Positions 39,337 through 56,419 of a DNA stretch of 64,000 nt are shown one piece after another; within the stretch, counting starts at the first letter, position 1, and each line of letters starts with the position of its first letter. Location: the NCBI GenBank assembly GCA_973895155.1, contig OZ316894.1:24426709-24490708 (forward strand), read 5' to 3'. This stretch comes from Marsupella aquatica. Its lineage: Eukaryota; Plantae; Marchantiophyta. The notes beneath the pieces are model-generated. The model was given only the letters and a program-made list of their open reading frames with translations. It did no database searches and had not been told where the DNA came from. Made by a program: the position numbers and the translations under genes.

Positions 39337-42300
39337 TATTGAGCAAAGACGACGATCGCAACGGCAAGCCCATGAACCATCTAACGCACAATAGTCGACA
39401 CAGAGAGATACGTGGTTCACCTCCACATGAGGCTACATCCACGGGAATACACAAGAGCTTTACTGCACTCTAGGCCGACCGGCCATTCCAAGCATCCACA
39501 GCACAAGCTCTCCCTATCTCTGAACTGGCTCCGTAACAATGAGCCTGAGTTCCACTTCTCCAAGCAAACACCGCTTGGTTATAGAGTGTGCATAGCATGA
39601 CTAACCTAACCAAGTCTGCGACTAAGGTTAGTCTTAACTACGGTACATTTGTAACTCTAGACCTAAGAGTAAATCCTAACAATCTCCCCCTTGACTTTGG
39701 TCTAGGGGAGGGTAAAGACTGCTACCAATATGACTGCTCAGCGGGAAGTTCTGGAAAGAAAAACCAAACCGGTTTTTCCCTCTTTATACGAGAGTGGACC
39801 AAAACTAAGCCGTAGCCTATACAAGGAATGAGCAAGAGCATATCTCAGTATCTACACAAATGTTAAGTAACCCTACTTGTGAGGCAATTGCAAAACCTGC
39901 AACGCATCACGGTGTCTAGAAAAACTCTCCAAAGGAATCACTTTGGTAAAAGCGTCAGCCGGGTAAAAGCGTCAGACACAACCTGCTTGATAAAATGGTA
40001 CCTAACGTCGATGTGCTTCACTTTGCTGTCCATCACCTGGTTCACAGCAAGGTGGAGTGCACTCTGACTATCACAATGGAGCTTCACATTCCCCTGTGGC
40101 AATCCCATCTCAGTGATAAGTCTATCCAACCAAATTGCTTCCTTTGCTGCTTCCGCTGCTGCAACATACTCTGCTTCTGTAGTAGACAGAGCAATACACT
40201 TCTGCAAAGTAGACCTCCAACTTATGCATCCACCTCCAAGTGTGAACACATAACCTGTTGTTGACCTCCTCCGATCCAGATCCTGTGCATAGTCAACATC
40301 TATATAGCCCATCAATGATCTAGCATTATCAGCATGTGCATCAAACAATAGACCATGATCCACGGTACCCTTCAAATACCGAATAATCCACTTCACTGCT
40401 TCCCAGTGTACCTTCCCTGGATTCGACATGTACCTGCTCACCTTGTCCATAGCCATGGCAAGATCAGGTCTAGTGCAAGTCATCAAATACATGAGACTCC
40501 CCACTGCCTTGTCATACAGAACCTTTGACATCAACCCCTTCTCTTTGTCATCCGTAGGACAGAACGCTAATGATAACTTGAAGTGTGGAGCCGACGGGGT
40601 ACTTACTGGCTTTCTATTCCCCATGTTGAACCTTGCAATTACCTTCCTCGCATAACTGCTCTGCGTCAACCATAGCTTGCCAGCCTCCAAGTCCCTAGTG
40701 ATCTCCATACCCAAAATCCTCTTAGCTGGCCCTAAGTCCTTCATCTTAAACTTTGCACTAAGTAGTGCCTTGAGCTTAACAATCTCAGACCTATCCTTGG
40801 CTGCAATTAGCATGTCATCCACATAAAGTACTAAAACAATGAACCCAAAGACAACATTCTTCACCGGTTTAAGATACACACATGGGTCAAACACACTCCT
40901 GTGAAAGCCTTGTGCACGAATCCAATCATCAAACCGCTTATTCCACTGTCTTGGTGACTGCTTCAACCCGTACAAGGATCTCAGCAATCTGCAAACCAAA
41001 TCCTCTTGCCCTTTCTTCACAAAACCTAACGACTGTCTCATGAAGATCACCTCTTCCAAGGTGCCATAGAGGAAAGCTGTGACAACATCCATCTAATCTA
41101 GCAACAGACCAAACATAACAACAAGCACACACAATAGCCGTATTGTTGAGTACTTAGCAACTGGTGAGAAGACCTCATTGTAATCCACACCTTTTTCCTG
41201 TGTGAATCCCTTGGCTACCAACCTAGCCTTGTAGACCTTCGATCCACCTCCTGTGGGCTGATCCTTCAGCTTGTATATCCACTTGTTGTCCATCACTTGC
41301 TGTCCCTTAGATAGCTTGACAAGCTCCCAAGTTTTGTTGTCCTTCAGTGACTGCATCTCCGTTTGCATTGCTACAGTCCACTCCTGCTTCTCCTTTGAAG
41401 CACTTGCTTCATGAAATGAAGAAGGTTCACCTTCTTCCAAAATCAACGCATCACCCTCATCGTCAGTAACAAAATCCTCCTCTTGCAACTGAGATGAATC
41501 AACCCACTGTCCATACCTTGGTGGAGCGCGTACAGTGCGACCAGATGCTCTTCTAGCCGATGACTCCGGTTGATCTGCGTATGCTGGTACAATTTGAAGC
41601 TCAGCAGCATCCACTTGCTGCTCACCAGCATCAACAAAATCCTCTGGTTCCTCTGGCATAGGAACCAGCTCCATAATTAGAGCAACTCCTTCTCTCCGAT
41701 CATGCACCTCATAACCAATCTCCCCCTCAACGAGATCCGGGATAGGAGATTTTCCTTTGTCAGTACGAGAGACCTGAGTATTCTCTCCCTCTTTCAATAA
41801 TCTGGATTCATTGAAGGAAACATCCCTACTGACAACGAGCTTACAGGCAATAGGATCCCATAGCCTATAGGCTTTCACACCACTCTGGTACCCAAGAAAA
41901 ACACATTCCTTGGAGGTAGGATCCAACTTGGTCCTATTCTGCTTCGGTGTGAGAGCATATGCATCACTTCCAAAAACTACCAAGCCATGATAGTTTGCTT
42001 GCCGCTTATAGCGCATCTCAAACGTCGTTTTGAAATTGATAGCACTAGAAGGAGAAAGATTTACCAAATAAGTTGCGGTATTGACAGCTTCTGCCCAAAA
42101 TTCTTGTGGTAAACCTGATTGGCTCAACATACTCCGTGACCGCTCCAACAGTGTCTGATTGAGCCTCTCAGCGACACCATTCTACTGTGGAGTATAAACT
42201 GTGGTGAGATGGCGAGTTATCCCCTGTTCTGAACAGTACTCTTCAAATTCCATTGAAGTGTACTCCCTGCCGTTGTCTGACCTCAGACTCTTCACCCTTG

Positions 42301-45300
42301 TATCCAAACACTTGACCGTTTTTCTAGTCTGATTCTCCACCTGGGCCTTCTATTTCTTAAAAATGGACAAGACATCAGACTTATGCGTCATGAAATAAAT
42401 TTACACAAATCTTGAGTAATCGTCAATAAATGATACATAGTACAACTTTCCAGAGTGTGAGGGAGTCGGGGATGGACCCCACACGTCACTATGTATGTAC
42501 TCAAGAACCGCTTTGGAATGATGAGTTCCAACACCAAAAGCACGACGATGTTGTTTTCCAAGAATGCAATGCTCACAGAACTCTAATTTACAAGATTGCA
42601 AATCAGAAATGAGTCCATTCTTCCATAAGATAGCCAAACCCTTCTCATTCATGTGGCCTAGCTGTGAATGCCACAGTTGAGTCATCTCCTCGTGAGACTT
42701 GGTTACATTGGCCTCTCCACATACAGTATTGCCCTGTAACACATACAAATTCTTTTGTCTGGTCCCCTTCAAAATCACTGTCTCTCCCGACCTGACTTGA
42801 AGTTCACCATCAATAACACTCCATTGATGACCATTTGAATCCAACACACCGAGTGAAATCAAATTCTTACGCATGCCAGGTACATACCTGACTCCGAACA
42901 CTGTGCGCACAACGCCATCAAACATTTGAATCTTCACAGACCCAATTCCCTCAATTTGACAGGAGTGATTATTTCCCATCAGAACTAAACCGTTTGAAAC
43001 AGAGTAAGAACTGAAAAACTCACGAATGTAACAAATATGAAAAGAGCAAGAACAATCAAGAATCCACACATCATCTGCTCTCCTAGATGACGTGCATAGG
43101 GCATACCCCCGACTTCATAAAACATACTCATCATTAAGTAAATCAGCTTCTCCATCAGCCCTAGACACATTTGCCGATGAAGTTTCCGCTGCCTTTCCCT
43201 TACAGTCTCGCTTGAAGTGTCCAACTTGGTTGCACTTCCAACATGTCACCTGCCTCCTCTGAGGAGATTTACCCCTGGACTTAGATCTGGATTTAGATCT
43301 AAACTGGGTTCTATGGTCCCCAGTTGGTCGTTGCATACTCCTCCCATGGTTAACATTGAGGGCAGCACTAGATGATGAAGGCTGTGACGTGATGTGCATC
43401 TTCTGCTGAAGATCATCACTAAATAGAGAACTTACCACGTCATTGTATGAAATGGTATCCCTATCATGATGCAACAACACTCGTGATAGGGACTAGTAAG
43501 ATGGAGGCAATGAACTAAGAAGCTGCAGAGCCTTCGTCTCATCATTCAAAGTCTCCCCAAGGTTTTTCAAGTCAACGACCATGTCGTTGAAAGCATCCAC
43601 ATGGTCTTGCAACTTCGTACCGGATTCCTTCATCCTGAAACTCATCAGTTTGTAGGAAGTGTAGAGCCGGTTCGACAACTCCTTGCGGTGATACTTGCTC
43701 TGTAATTCCGCAAACAAGGACATGCAATCCTTATGTGCACCCAACTGCTTGATGATGGGAGGCATGAGATAGAGTGTAACACACCACACTCCCTGCTCTT
43801 GCATGCGGTCCCATTGTTTCTCATCAACATCGTCTTCACGAGGGCTCAGCAGTTGGCCCATCCCTGACGCATAGAGCACTCCCTTCACCTGTTTCTCCCA
43901 TAGCAAGTAGTCAAAGCGCCCATCATACTTTGTCACTTCATACTTGGGTCCCCCAAGCTTGAAAGTCCTCATCTTCTTCTTTGGCACTACCGTGAGCTCC
44001 GGTAGTAGTACTATTTCCTCCACCACACAGCACACCGGTGATGGTATCGGTGTCACGTGCTCTTCCTCCTGCTCCTTTCTCTGCCCCTCAAACCGTCGTG
44101 GTGATCCTTGTGCTTCAAGTTCCACGTCTTTGAAAAACTCATCCAAATCACTCATATGAGAAAATCACAAAAAATATCATTTTTCACAACTTCTCAAAAA
44201 ACTCGAAACTCAACACCGCAACGTAGCCCACGAAGCTAGGAGTCCAATACTGAAAACCGAAATCAAAATCAAAATTTGACGGAAAAGTTATTCAAATTTT
44301 GGTCAAGATGGGTAAAACCTTGGGAAACTACCCCGTTTTGACCACCTCAGGGAATAACCAAAATACCAAGTACAACCCGTCGTTGGAATTGCGATGTGAT
44401 CAGTGCGCCGCGTTGCCAATTTCAATGGCTACGACCTCGCCGAAAAAGAACCAAAAAAGTTACCGTTCGGCGGATGAAATCTTTGTCGGACGGTCAAAAA
44501 ATAGTTCTTTGGTTTTTTGGAATATTCTATGACCCTTGTACATGCCCCGTGGGAATTTTGGAAGAACAATCGAGGGGCTGACATGTGTCCTCGAACCCCC
44601 AAAACCCCCTACCACCCTTCGTCGTCAAAATCTGGTCGCGCGCGCAGCAAATACACACGGCAAAATGTACCCCTCGACACCAAACGCAAGATATCTCACT
44701 CGGGTTTTGACAAAATCAAGTCTGATTTCAGATTTGGAAACTAGACTCCGAGGCGATGAAGATCGATATAAGAAGCACCCAAAACGAGGAAAGAACAAGG
44801 GAGAAAAAAATTGGTAAAGATGACAGATTTCTCTCAATTGCCATAGCCAATTTTGAATCAGTTTTTCAAAGAGAAAAAATGGTACCTTGTCAACAACGAA
44901 TGTTGATGAATTGCACTTGGTGCCGTCACCAAGTCCAACAATGTAATTGATTTTGCTTAGCCTTCCTCTTCGCATCAAAGAGCCAATCCCGGACTCAAAA
45001 CAATCGTCTTGCCTCAATCTCTCCGTTGAGTCAAAACACTTGACGCTTCTCCCTCCGAGTCGATTGCCACGACAAGAAACCCCGATCAGGCAAAAGAGGA
45101 CTCCATAGCCGGTCAGAAAATCAGAATGCTTCTTTTGCTCGTCCCGTCACACACGGTACACACTTGGTAACAAATCAGCTACCAAAACAAACAGCTCATC
45201 CCGATCTACAAGCAGAGCTACAGCATGCGATGCCTCCTTCGCCGTAGAGCTCAAACCGTCGAGAAAACAAACTCTGGTCCCTCCTCCGAAAAACCGTCGA

Positions 45301-45895
45301 ACACGAATGGTGCCAACTTTCTTCACAAAATCCAGAACGACAAAAACTTAGATCTCTCTGCACCACGAGCTCCGTTCAGCGATTTCTTCACACCGTTAGA
45401 AAGCTCTTGCCCCGATCTATCCGTTGAGCCCATAAACTCCAAGTTCCCTGCGACGGAACTCTGGGAAATTCACTGACACTCAACACTGGAAAAAATCGTC
45501 ACAAAATCCTGTCACGAACACACGTCACCTCCCAGGCATGCTCTGGTAATTGTTGAGCAAAGACGACGATCGCAACGGCAAGCCCATGAACCATCCAACG
45601 CACAATAGTCGACACAGAGAGATACGTGGTTCACCTCCACATGAGGCTACTTCCACGGGAATACACAAGAGCTTTACTGCACTCTAGGCCGACTGGCCAT
45701 ACCAAACATCCACAGCACAAGCTCTTCCTATCTCTCAACTGGCTCCGTAACAATGAGCCTGAGTTCCACCTCTCCAAGCAAACACCGCTTGGTTATAGAG
45801 TATGCACAGCATGACTAACCTAACCAAGTCTGCGACTAAGGTTAGTCTTAACTATGGTACATTCGTAACTCTAGACCTAAGAGTAAATCCTAACA
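39337..45895 (-). mobile_element. Full-length Ty1/copia LTR retrotransposon, copy 2 (same family as copy 1, different LTR variant)
   Basis: 345-bp LTRs at 39337-39681 and 45551-45895 (~13 differences counted by eye). TSD GGCAC at 39332-39336 and 45896-45900. PPT at ~39682-39694 and a damaged PBS at ~45540-45550. Internal region highly similar to copy 1. Confidence 0.97.
39872..44155 (-). pseudogene. Disrupted gag-pol of copia copy 2
   Basis: Same domain motifs as copy 1. Stops near 43493, 42401, 42350, 42183 and 41093, and a deletion in RNase H near 39965. Confidence 0.9.
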
Positions 45896-46484
45896 GGCAC
45901 CTGGTCCCTTTAGGATTATATGGTAGCCCTGTACCACGTATTGGGGACCATATTCCCTTAGTCCCATACATTATAATACACATCCAAGTTTAAACTTAGA
46001 TTTGGCAAACTTAGATGCCTGTGACCAAAGAGGTTTGGTCACAAAAGCTCAACTGTTGCAAATGCCATCTCTTTAGTAATGTACAGTGTATTTTACACAT
46101 TTTTCACAATCATATGGGCAGAATGGTATGCAGAGAAATAGTATAGAAAACGATTCGGAGGCATTTTCGGGCCCCCACCACAAAGCTCTATAACTCGTAT
46201 TGGGGACCGTATTACCTTAGTCCTATACATTACGGTACACATCCGAGTTTAAAGGCCATATCCGAGCGTTTTGGCAAACGTAGATGTCCACCCGGGCTTC
46301 AATTTCGCTCGTCGGAGCTCAGTATTCATTCTTTCGTGCTTTCGGTTCCCTTCGTCGCTGGGCATTCTTCACGCGCTCGCTCGCCATCGCCAACGCCTCC
46401 GCCTCGCCTTTCTTCTCTGACTACGATAATTATTGGTGAGTACTGCAACTTGGATGGGATGCGGTCCTTTGAAAGAGATCCGGC

Positions 46485-46915
46485 GATAGATTGCACCTCG
46501 AATGTGAGTTTCGGAATAGGGATTTAGGGTGGATTGTTGTCTCGTCTTTGTCCCTCCTCTCTCGATGGACGATAGAATTGCTTGTTCAATAGATCGGCCC
46601 GAGTGAAAAGGCTCCACGAATTTTCAGTTGTGCCTGTCAGGTGCTCTCTTCCCAATGGTGTGGTTTGAAATGTTTCCGGAAGGGATGCGTTGTTTGAAGA
46701 CATTCGGGGATAGATTGCTCTCCGTAGTCTCAAATGTGAGTTTGGAAATAGTGATTTAGGGTGGATTGTCTCGTCGTTGTCTCTCCTCTCTAGATGGACG
46801 ATAGAATTGCTTGTTCAATGTATTGGCCCGAGTAAGTTAGCCTCCACGAATTTCCTGTTGTTTCTGGCCTGTGGAGACCTGTTTCTCTTCGAAGTGTGTG
46901 GTTTGAAATGTTCTG
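46485..46915. repeat. ~225-bp tandem duplication immediately upstream of the OZI1-like ORF
   Basis: gatagattgc...aatgtgagttt-ggaatag-gatttagggtggattgt...gatggacgatagaattgcttgttcaat occurs at ~46485 and ~46709. Confidence 0.8.
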
Positions 46916-47051
46916 GCCAAGTTCTGCATCTCTGGTAACATCGAAGCGAGGGTGACAATAACGCTCACAAATTGCGTAGTGGTCTCCAGGCTGTCCTGCG
47001 CCGAAATTGCATTCCTGTCGAAGGCGCTGCATAAGGTTGAATTAGGCAATC

Positions 47052-47306
47052 ATGCCTGCAAACGGGAGTATGGTGTCTTTCACTAAGGTGATCCTGCCAG
47101 CATTGCTTGGATCATTCGTTCCTGCCTACATTTTCTGGGATCTTGCGCGTAATCGCCACATCTTCGGCGGTGCCCCAGCCTTGACCTTTGCCGATCCAAA
47201 TTGGCAGAAGGAATCCCTCTCCAAATTTGACTCTGGTTGGGAACGGGAGGGTGGTTCGCCGGTAGTAATGAATCCTATTTCTCGACAAAGCTTTCGCAAA
47301 CTTTAG
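47052..47306 (+). CDS. OZI1/DUF1138-family small membrane protein (plant mitochondrial complex IV-associated), single exon
   Basis: One hydrophobic helix, followed by HIFGG...W...KF..W.R.GG.PVVMNPISRQ.F, the pattern I recognise from Arabidopsis OZI1. Confidence 0.8.
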   Translation: MPANGSMVSFTKVILPALLGSFVPAYIFWDLARNRHIFGGAPALTFADPNWQKESLSKFDSGWEREGGSPVVMNPISRQSFRKL

Positions 47307-49908
47307 TAAGTTTTCGCTCCTCCCCTCAGGTTGCGTAGCCTGCCTTCACAGTCGATGGCGGGGCTTGACAGAAGTAGTACATCCACTGATGGATTTGACT
47401 CCTGGCTGTCTTTCATGCCTATGTTGATGGCCGGTATGTCAGGATAAGAACAGTAACACGCGAAACCTAAGCACGTTTGAATTCATTGTTGTTCCCTGAT
47501 GTAGCTTCGCGTCTGGCTCATAACAGAGGCGGTAACTTTTGTTATGCAACGATTATTTTGGTTTGAAATTCCAAGTTTTGAATTCTGTTAGTATGCCCAT
47601 GGTGATTTGTTCGGGTCATATATCGGGAACTTCATCTTTTCCCAAGCTAAAACCTTTTCCAAGTTAAGTTGTCTAAAGCTTATCTGAAACAGACTGCCAA
47701 ATTGATTGCAGAGATGAGCATGAAGACCTGTATAAAATGGGTATTGCAGATATTTTTTGTGGTCTTTTAGTCACGCAGCGCTCCACCGTAGTAATAAGAG
47801 GGTGGTACATCAAGGCCCTCTCGAATTTTTTCTCCAATTGGCCGTAACCAAACTACGGAGACTCGAATAGAAGTTGTCTGAACTTAATGTTGCAGTTTTC
47901 GAGCATAGCGACATTATTGTGTCTGTATGCCTCGCCCTCATAATAGAGTTTGATAGTTTTACGGAGAGGCTTGGAACTCTAACGAACCTTAATTCAAGCC
48001 AGTGCGACTATATCATGTCTCACTGGCCAGCAACCTACGATCGATGTTTTTGCAGGCAGACGAGACTGCTGTTCACCAATTCTCAGCAGCTGACTTTTAA
48101 ATGTCCACATTGTTTTGTGCGATTCACTTTTGTGTTTGTACTTCTCATTGTCTATCTTGATCACAGCGCATGCGTGCGTGTTGTAAGTAGGAAAGAGCTA
48201 AGGAGCTCTTTGATGTACAGATTGTCTGCTGCTCGCTGAAACTGAATTGCTTTTACCTTCATGGAAAATTGGGTACCAAAGATTCTGGCTCTCACGATGA
48301 GCTTGGCATCCAATTTTTTAACAAATGCCCTCGAACTGGAGCGGAGGCGGGGGTAAAATGTACTATTAATGAATATCTAGTCATGAGCCCTCAACTTTCT
48401 CCGAGACCCTTCTGTGCGCAGTATTCATTGCTGCCGTTGTCATTTGGACACATATTGGAACCTCGTTCGTATTTTCGTATCCGGCTCCATGTTCAAATTC
48501 GGCTACTCAATTCGTTTCCCGTTGTTCCTTGCTTGTGTCAAGTAAGCCATTCAACCCAATTGGAATGCAGGCGAACTGTGTACGTCCGAACAGGCCGGCA
48601 TTTCCGAGACCTTGAAGTGAAAGTTTCCGATATGGAGATGGGTCAATTGCCTGTTTTCTGGGAGAGCTCAACCCTCTTTGTGTGTCATTTGGTGAATAAT
48701 CGGCTAAACCACATCCTTCAGCTATAGAGATGCCTACTGTAGGATTTAGTGAATAATCGGCCAATATATTTCATTTGGTGAACAATCACCCGAACCGCAT
48801 CCTTGACCTATAGAAATGACTACTGTAGGATCCTTCAGCCATAGAACTACGTACTGTAGCCAGGGAACTGCTTCTTGATTGATATATCGATTTTTGGGTA
48901 GAGTTTCCGAATCTTCTGTGGTCTGCACAATCCGTCTCCTACGGAGTACAAATTGCTTATACATAGTGCCTGACAGTTATTGTGCCAGAGCCAAGAAACA
49001 ATTGGAACCTTTTTTGAAAATTATTAACAAAAATCTTGTACTTCATCGGTTCTCCAATCCCTACAAGGTATTCGATTGCTACAAAATTGCGTCTCCAACA
49101 AAGTAACAGAAATTAGACTTATGGAATCTGCTTTCAGTGTTCAGTGTCCTACTGGTGTTTCTTCACGATAGGTCATTCAGTGTCTTGCTTCTGTTTTTTC
49201 ACGATAGATCTTTCAGTGTTTTATAAGTTTTGCATGATAGGTCGCTATGCCTATCATTCCCCGGTCTAATCTCTAGGTGTAGGATGACCACAATCATGAG
49301 CACGAGTCTGGAATGAAGTCATTATGCCAGCTGTACACTCTAAAGTATCCGTTGAATTCTAATTCGGTCGATTTTCCTCGTGAAAAATGGTCCGAAGACA
49401 TGGGACAAATGAGTTTTCGTGAACACGTTTCACGATCTCACAACTAAGGACGTCAATGTCAATAAATAAGTGCCCAGGCTTTTTTATGGGCACCAAGATT
49501 CTGTCACCCTGATTTTCTGAACTCTTCCATAATTTTTCCACTTTGAACACATCAACTGTCGATCGAAACTTGTTTCGAAAAGCTCATTCTCAAAAACTCA
49601 CTCACGACCTCTCACCCGACCAACTCAAAAACGTTCGCAGTACATGGTAGAAACGTAGAAACCAGAATCCTATATTGGTCCTTCCAAAGAGGGCGAAACA
49701 AGGATTCATCGAGCAAGCCTTGACAGAGCTTATAAATTCAAATGTACAGGCCGCTAATAGCGTGAGAAGCCGAAGACCTCCATATCATCTATTCGAAGTA
49801 AACTTCATGGAACGAATGGCAAGAATGCGGTAGATGACATCCAAATCATGCGCTGTTGAACACAGCCTTCATGTTTGAACACAAAAAGTACACGAAACCA
49901 CCCAGACA

Positions 49909-53481
<3,573 letters not shown>

Positions 53482-53734
53482 CGTTTCGCCGCCTGCGGGT
53501 ATCACAGAAACACAGACTTCGAGCTCGTGCTGGGTCTTCGACAGGAGAGGGTCTCGCCGCAGAATCGATAGCTTAGTGATCTCTGCAATGCTCCTTTCGC
53601 ACTCGATGTGTGCGTCCTTGCGTTTGATCATATGGAGGAGAGACTCGAGATGATCGTCTTCGTCTTACAGCGCAAGTCACTGACGAGAATGGGGTTGTCT
53701 TCGCCTTACGGCAGGGTTGCATGGCAGGGGTGCG

Positions 53735-53960
53735 TCAGCCCTCAAAGAGGTAGCCCTTAGGGTTGTGATCCACGGGCCCTCAAAGAAGGTGCGCGACAAT
53801 CTCCAGCAAATGTTGGCTTAGGGACGGTTTCATGAGCCCTCGAAGAGGTAGTCCTTTAGGGGAGTGATCCATGAGCCCTCAAAGCGGTAGTCCTTTAGGG
53901 GAGTGATCCATGAGCCCTCAAAGAGGTAGTCCTTTTGGGGAGAGATCCATGAGCCCTCAT
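53735..53960. repeat. ~39-bp tandem repeat x ~5 upstream of ProRS
   Basis: atgagccctcaaagaggtagtcctttaggggagtgatcc variants. Confidence 0.9.
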
Positions 53961-54199
53961 GATGACATGTTGTACCTATGCTATGCCCAACTTGATGTGC
54001 CATTTTCATCCCCTGCGACCACCCTATTCAAGTGCTTAGTTAAGGTTAGATGTGCTACTAATATATTATCTAGCAAGATTTAGTGCGTTAAATTGAGGCT
54101 CATTATTACAAAGCCAGTTGAGAAATAGCGTGAGCTTAATCTATGAAGATTTGAAATGGTCGACAAGTTTTTGGTTCAATGAAGCTCTCCTTGAGTGTA

Positions 54200-54450
54200 T
54201 CACTGCATAGAGGTCCCCGTCACCTAGTTGTTTTGAAGTCGTAGCCCCTCTAAAATGTAAGAATTTGTTTTAACCAATTTAATTTGATTATAGTGACCCT
54301 ACTGTTCTTACAAAACTCGAGACAAAACTCAAAATTGAATTTTAAAAACCCTAACATCTATCCAATAATTTTTTAAAATCTTCCCTAGAACCAACAAAAT
54401 GACCTTATGCCTTGTTGTGATGTGTCAATTATGTGGTAATGAAACCCTCA
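54200..54450 (-). repeat. Dispersed ~280-bp repeat, copy 3 (degraded)
   Basis: ctaaaatgtaagaatttg...ctcaaaattgaattttaaaaacccta...aaccaacaaaatgacc...gaaaccctca, as in 38575-38870. Confidence 0.6.
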
Positions 54451-54892
54451 AGAAGCCCTTTTGTTTGTTCCCTCTATTATCTATGGAAAAAATAGAGCAA
54501 CTTCTGGCTACGTGTGAATATAGGGGAAAAGAACACTAGTTAGAGGTTTGGGTTGTTATCCTAGAGGGGGAACATCAAGTCTTCAGTTGTACTGCACAGC
54601 ACATTTGTTGGCCTCTCAGACTAGATATTGTTTAGATGCAAACTTTTGCCAGATTCCACCACCCCAAGAAGCTATTGGTTTGGGGAAAATTGGCTACATT
54701 GCTTGTATCCATTTAGCCAATTTCCCACCCATACTAATCACAAGCTCCATCCCAAATAATTTAGTAAACATAGATAATAAATATTCTTAGCATCATCTTT
54801 TACAGGGACATTCGCCAGTACAACACAAGCAAATATACCTAAATTCAATAAATTAAAAAAAGGCTAAAAAAAAGTAAACAATACAGTTTCTA

Positions 54893-55120
54893 TTTACAAC
54901 TATAATAAGGAATCCCTCCTTTTTTCTTCTTTCATCCCAATACAAAAAAGCTTTGGGGTGAGAAAGATCCACAACTGTTAGATTAGATTAACTGCTTTCC
55001 TTGACCATTGATAAAAGAAATGTGCACCCCTGGCACATATATGTTTCCCCTGCCCCATAAATACCCCCACCAGAGTCTCTATGGACAGGCCCTCCTTGCA
55101 TTGCACTGGCATGGGGCTAG
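54893..55120 (+). mobile_element. Short (~230 bp) Helitron-like element, copy A
   Basis: Begins (t)ttacaactataataagg and ends ttgcattgcactggcatggggCTAG|T, which matches the 14244-14270 terminus. A paralog lies at 55998-56240. Confidence 0.55.
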
Positions 55121-55997
55121 TGGGGCCATAAAGTCTTTAGTTGTACTGTGGTCCCTGTCTGACGTGGTTGGGTAAGCACCTAAGCTGTCCCACCGTCAGC
55201 CTACCTGCTCTGCTGCACCGTCGGCCCTCCAGCTGTAGAGGGGCAACAGAACAGGACGGGCCACCGTCGCCCCTTCAAGTGACCGACGGTTTGAAGCTCG
55301 CATCATGATTCACAGTTTTTGCACACAATCCTCTAGACACTCTTCAATGGTGGCTCTAGGACGTAATTCTTGTCAAGAAGAAACATTATCGGTGTGTAAC
55401 CTTTTTTACCAGGTGCCACCATTTCCATATGTGCCCAGAAAAGAAAATATTGCCTGGTAATTTTTGGTGTGTAACCGTTTCTACCAGGTGCCACCATTTC
55501 CATATGTACCCAGCAAAGAAAATATTGCCGCTTAATTTTTTTCCAGGCAGGTATTACTTATGATAATGACAGTTTGGGCTCGGTTACTGGCTGGGTTACT
55601 CTTTGAAACCTGTTCCCACAAAGCTCATATCTCACAAAGCTCATAAAAACTTCCGGGCCGGTTAGCTTTTTCTCACTTTCTGGTCATATTTACTCACTTT
55701 CTAGTCACAAGGTTAAGTATAGGGTAATGCAAGTCTGGGCGCAGGGTTACTAGGCTGTAACCTTGCGTCCGGAATATGACCCGCCGGGAAGCTTCTTTGA
55801 ATATTCCGGACAAAGGTTAAGGTCTATATTACCCCAGCCCTGCCCTGCACTAGCGTACGTAATTCTTGCCGGAAAGAGGTTGCCGGCTCGACTTTTCAGG
55901 ACAGCAGATTATGAGTATAGCAGGCCCCTGAAAAAATGGTTACACACAGGTAACCTCTTCTCCCGACAGGAATGACATACTAGTAACCCCAGACCAA

Positions 55998-56240
55998 TCT
56001 ACAACTATAATAAGGGATCCCGCCTTTTTTAGTCTTTGGTCACCATACAAAAAAGCTTTTGGGAGGGAAAGATCTACAGCCGTTAGATTTGATTAGCTGT
56101 TTTTGCTCACCATTGATGCGAAAAATATACACCCTTATCACGTATTTGCTTCCCGTTGCCCCGTAATGGCCTCCCCCCCCCCCCCAATCCCTATGGGCCT
56201 GCCCTCCTTGCACATTGCAAAGCATTGGCATAGGGCTTGT
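55998..56240 (+). mobile_element. Short Helitron-like element, copy B
   Basis: Starts A|TCTACAACTATAATAAGG. Shares tacaaaaaagcttt, gttagatt-gatta-ctg and ccattgat with copy A. Decayed end ggcatagggcttg. Confidence 0.5.
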
Positions 56241-56419
56241 CTGGTCATATTTACTCACTTTCTTGTCACTAGGTTACACAACTAGTAACCCCAGACCAAT
56301 ACGTCATTACCGTCTACGTAAGTCCTCCCTAGACCAATCCGTCATTACCCTCTCTACATAAGTCCTCGAGGCACACTCGTCGATTGTCGCTCTTGGGAGT
56401 GTGATACTGTGATGACACA

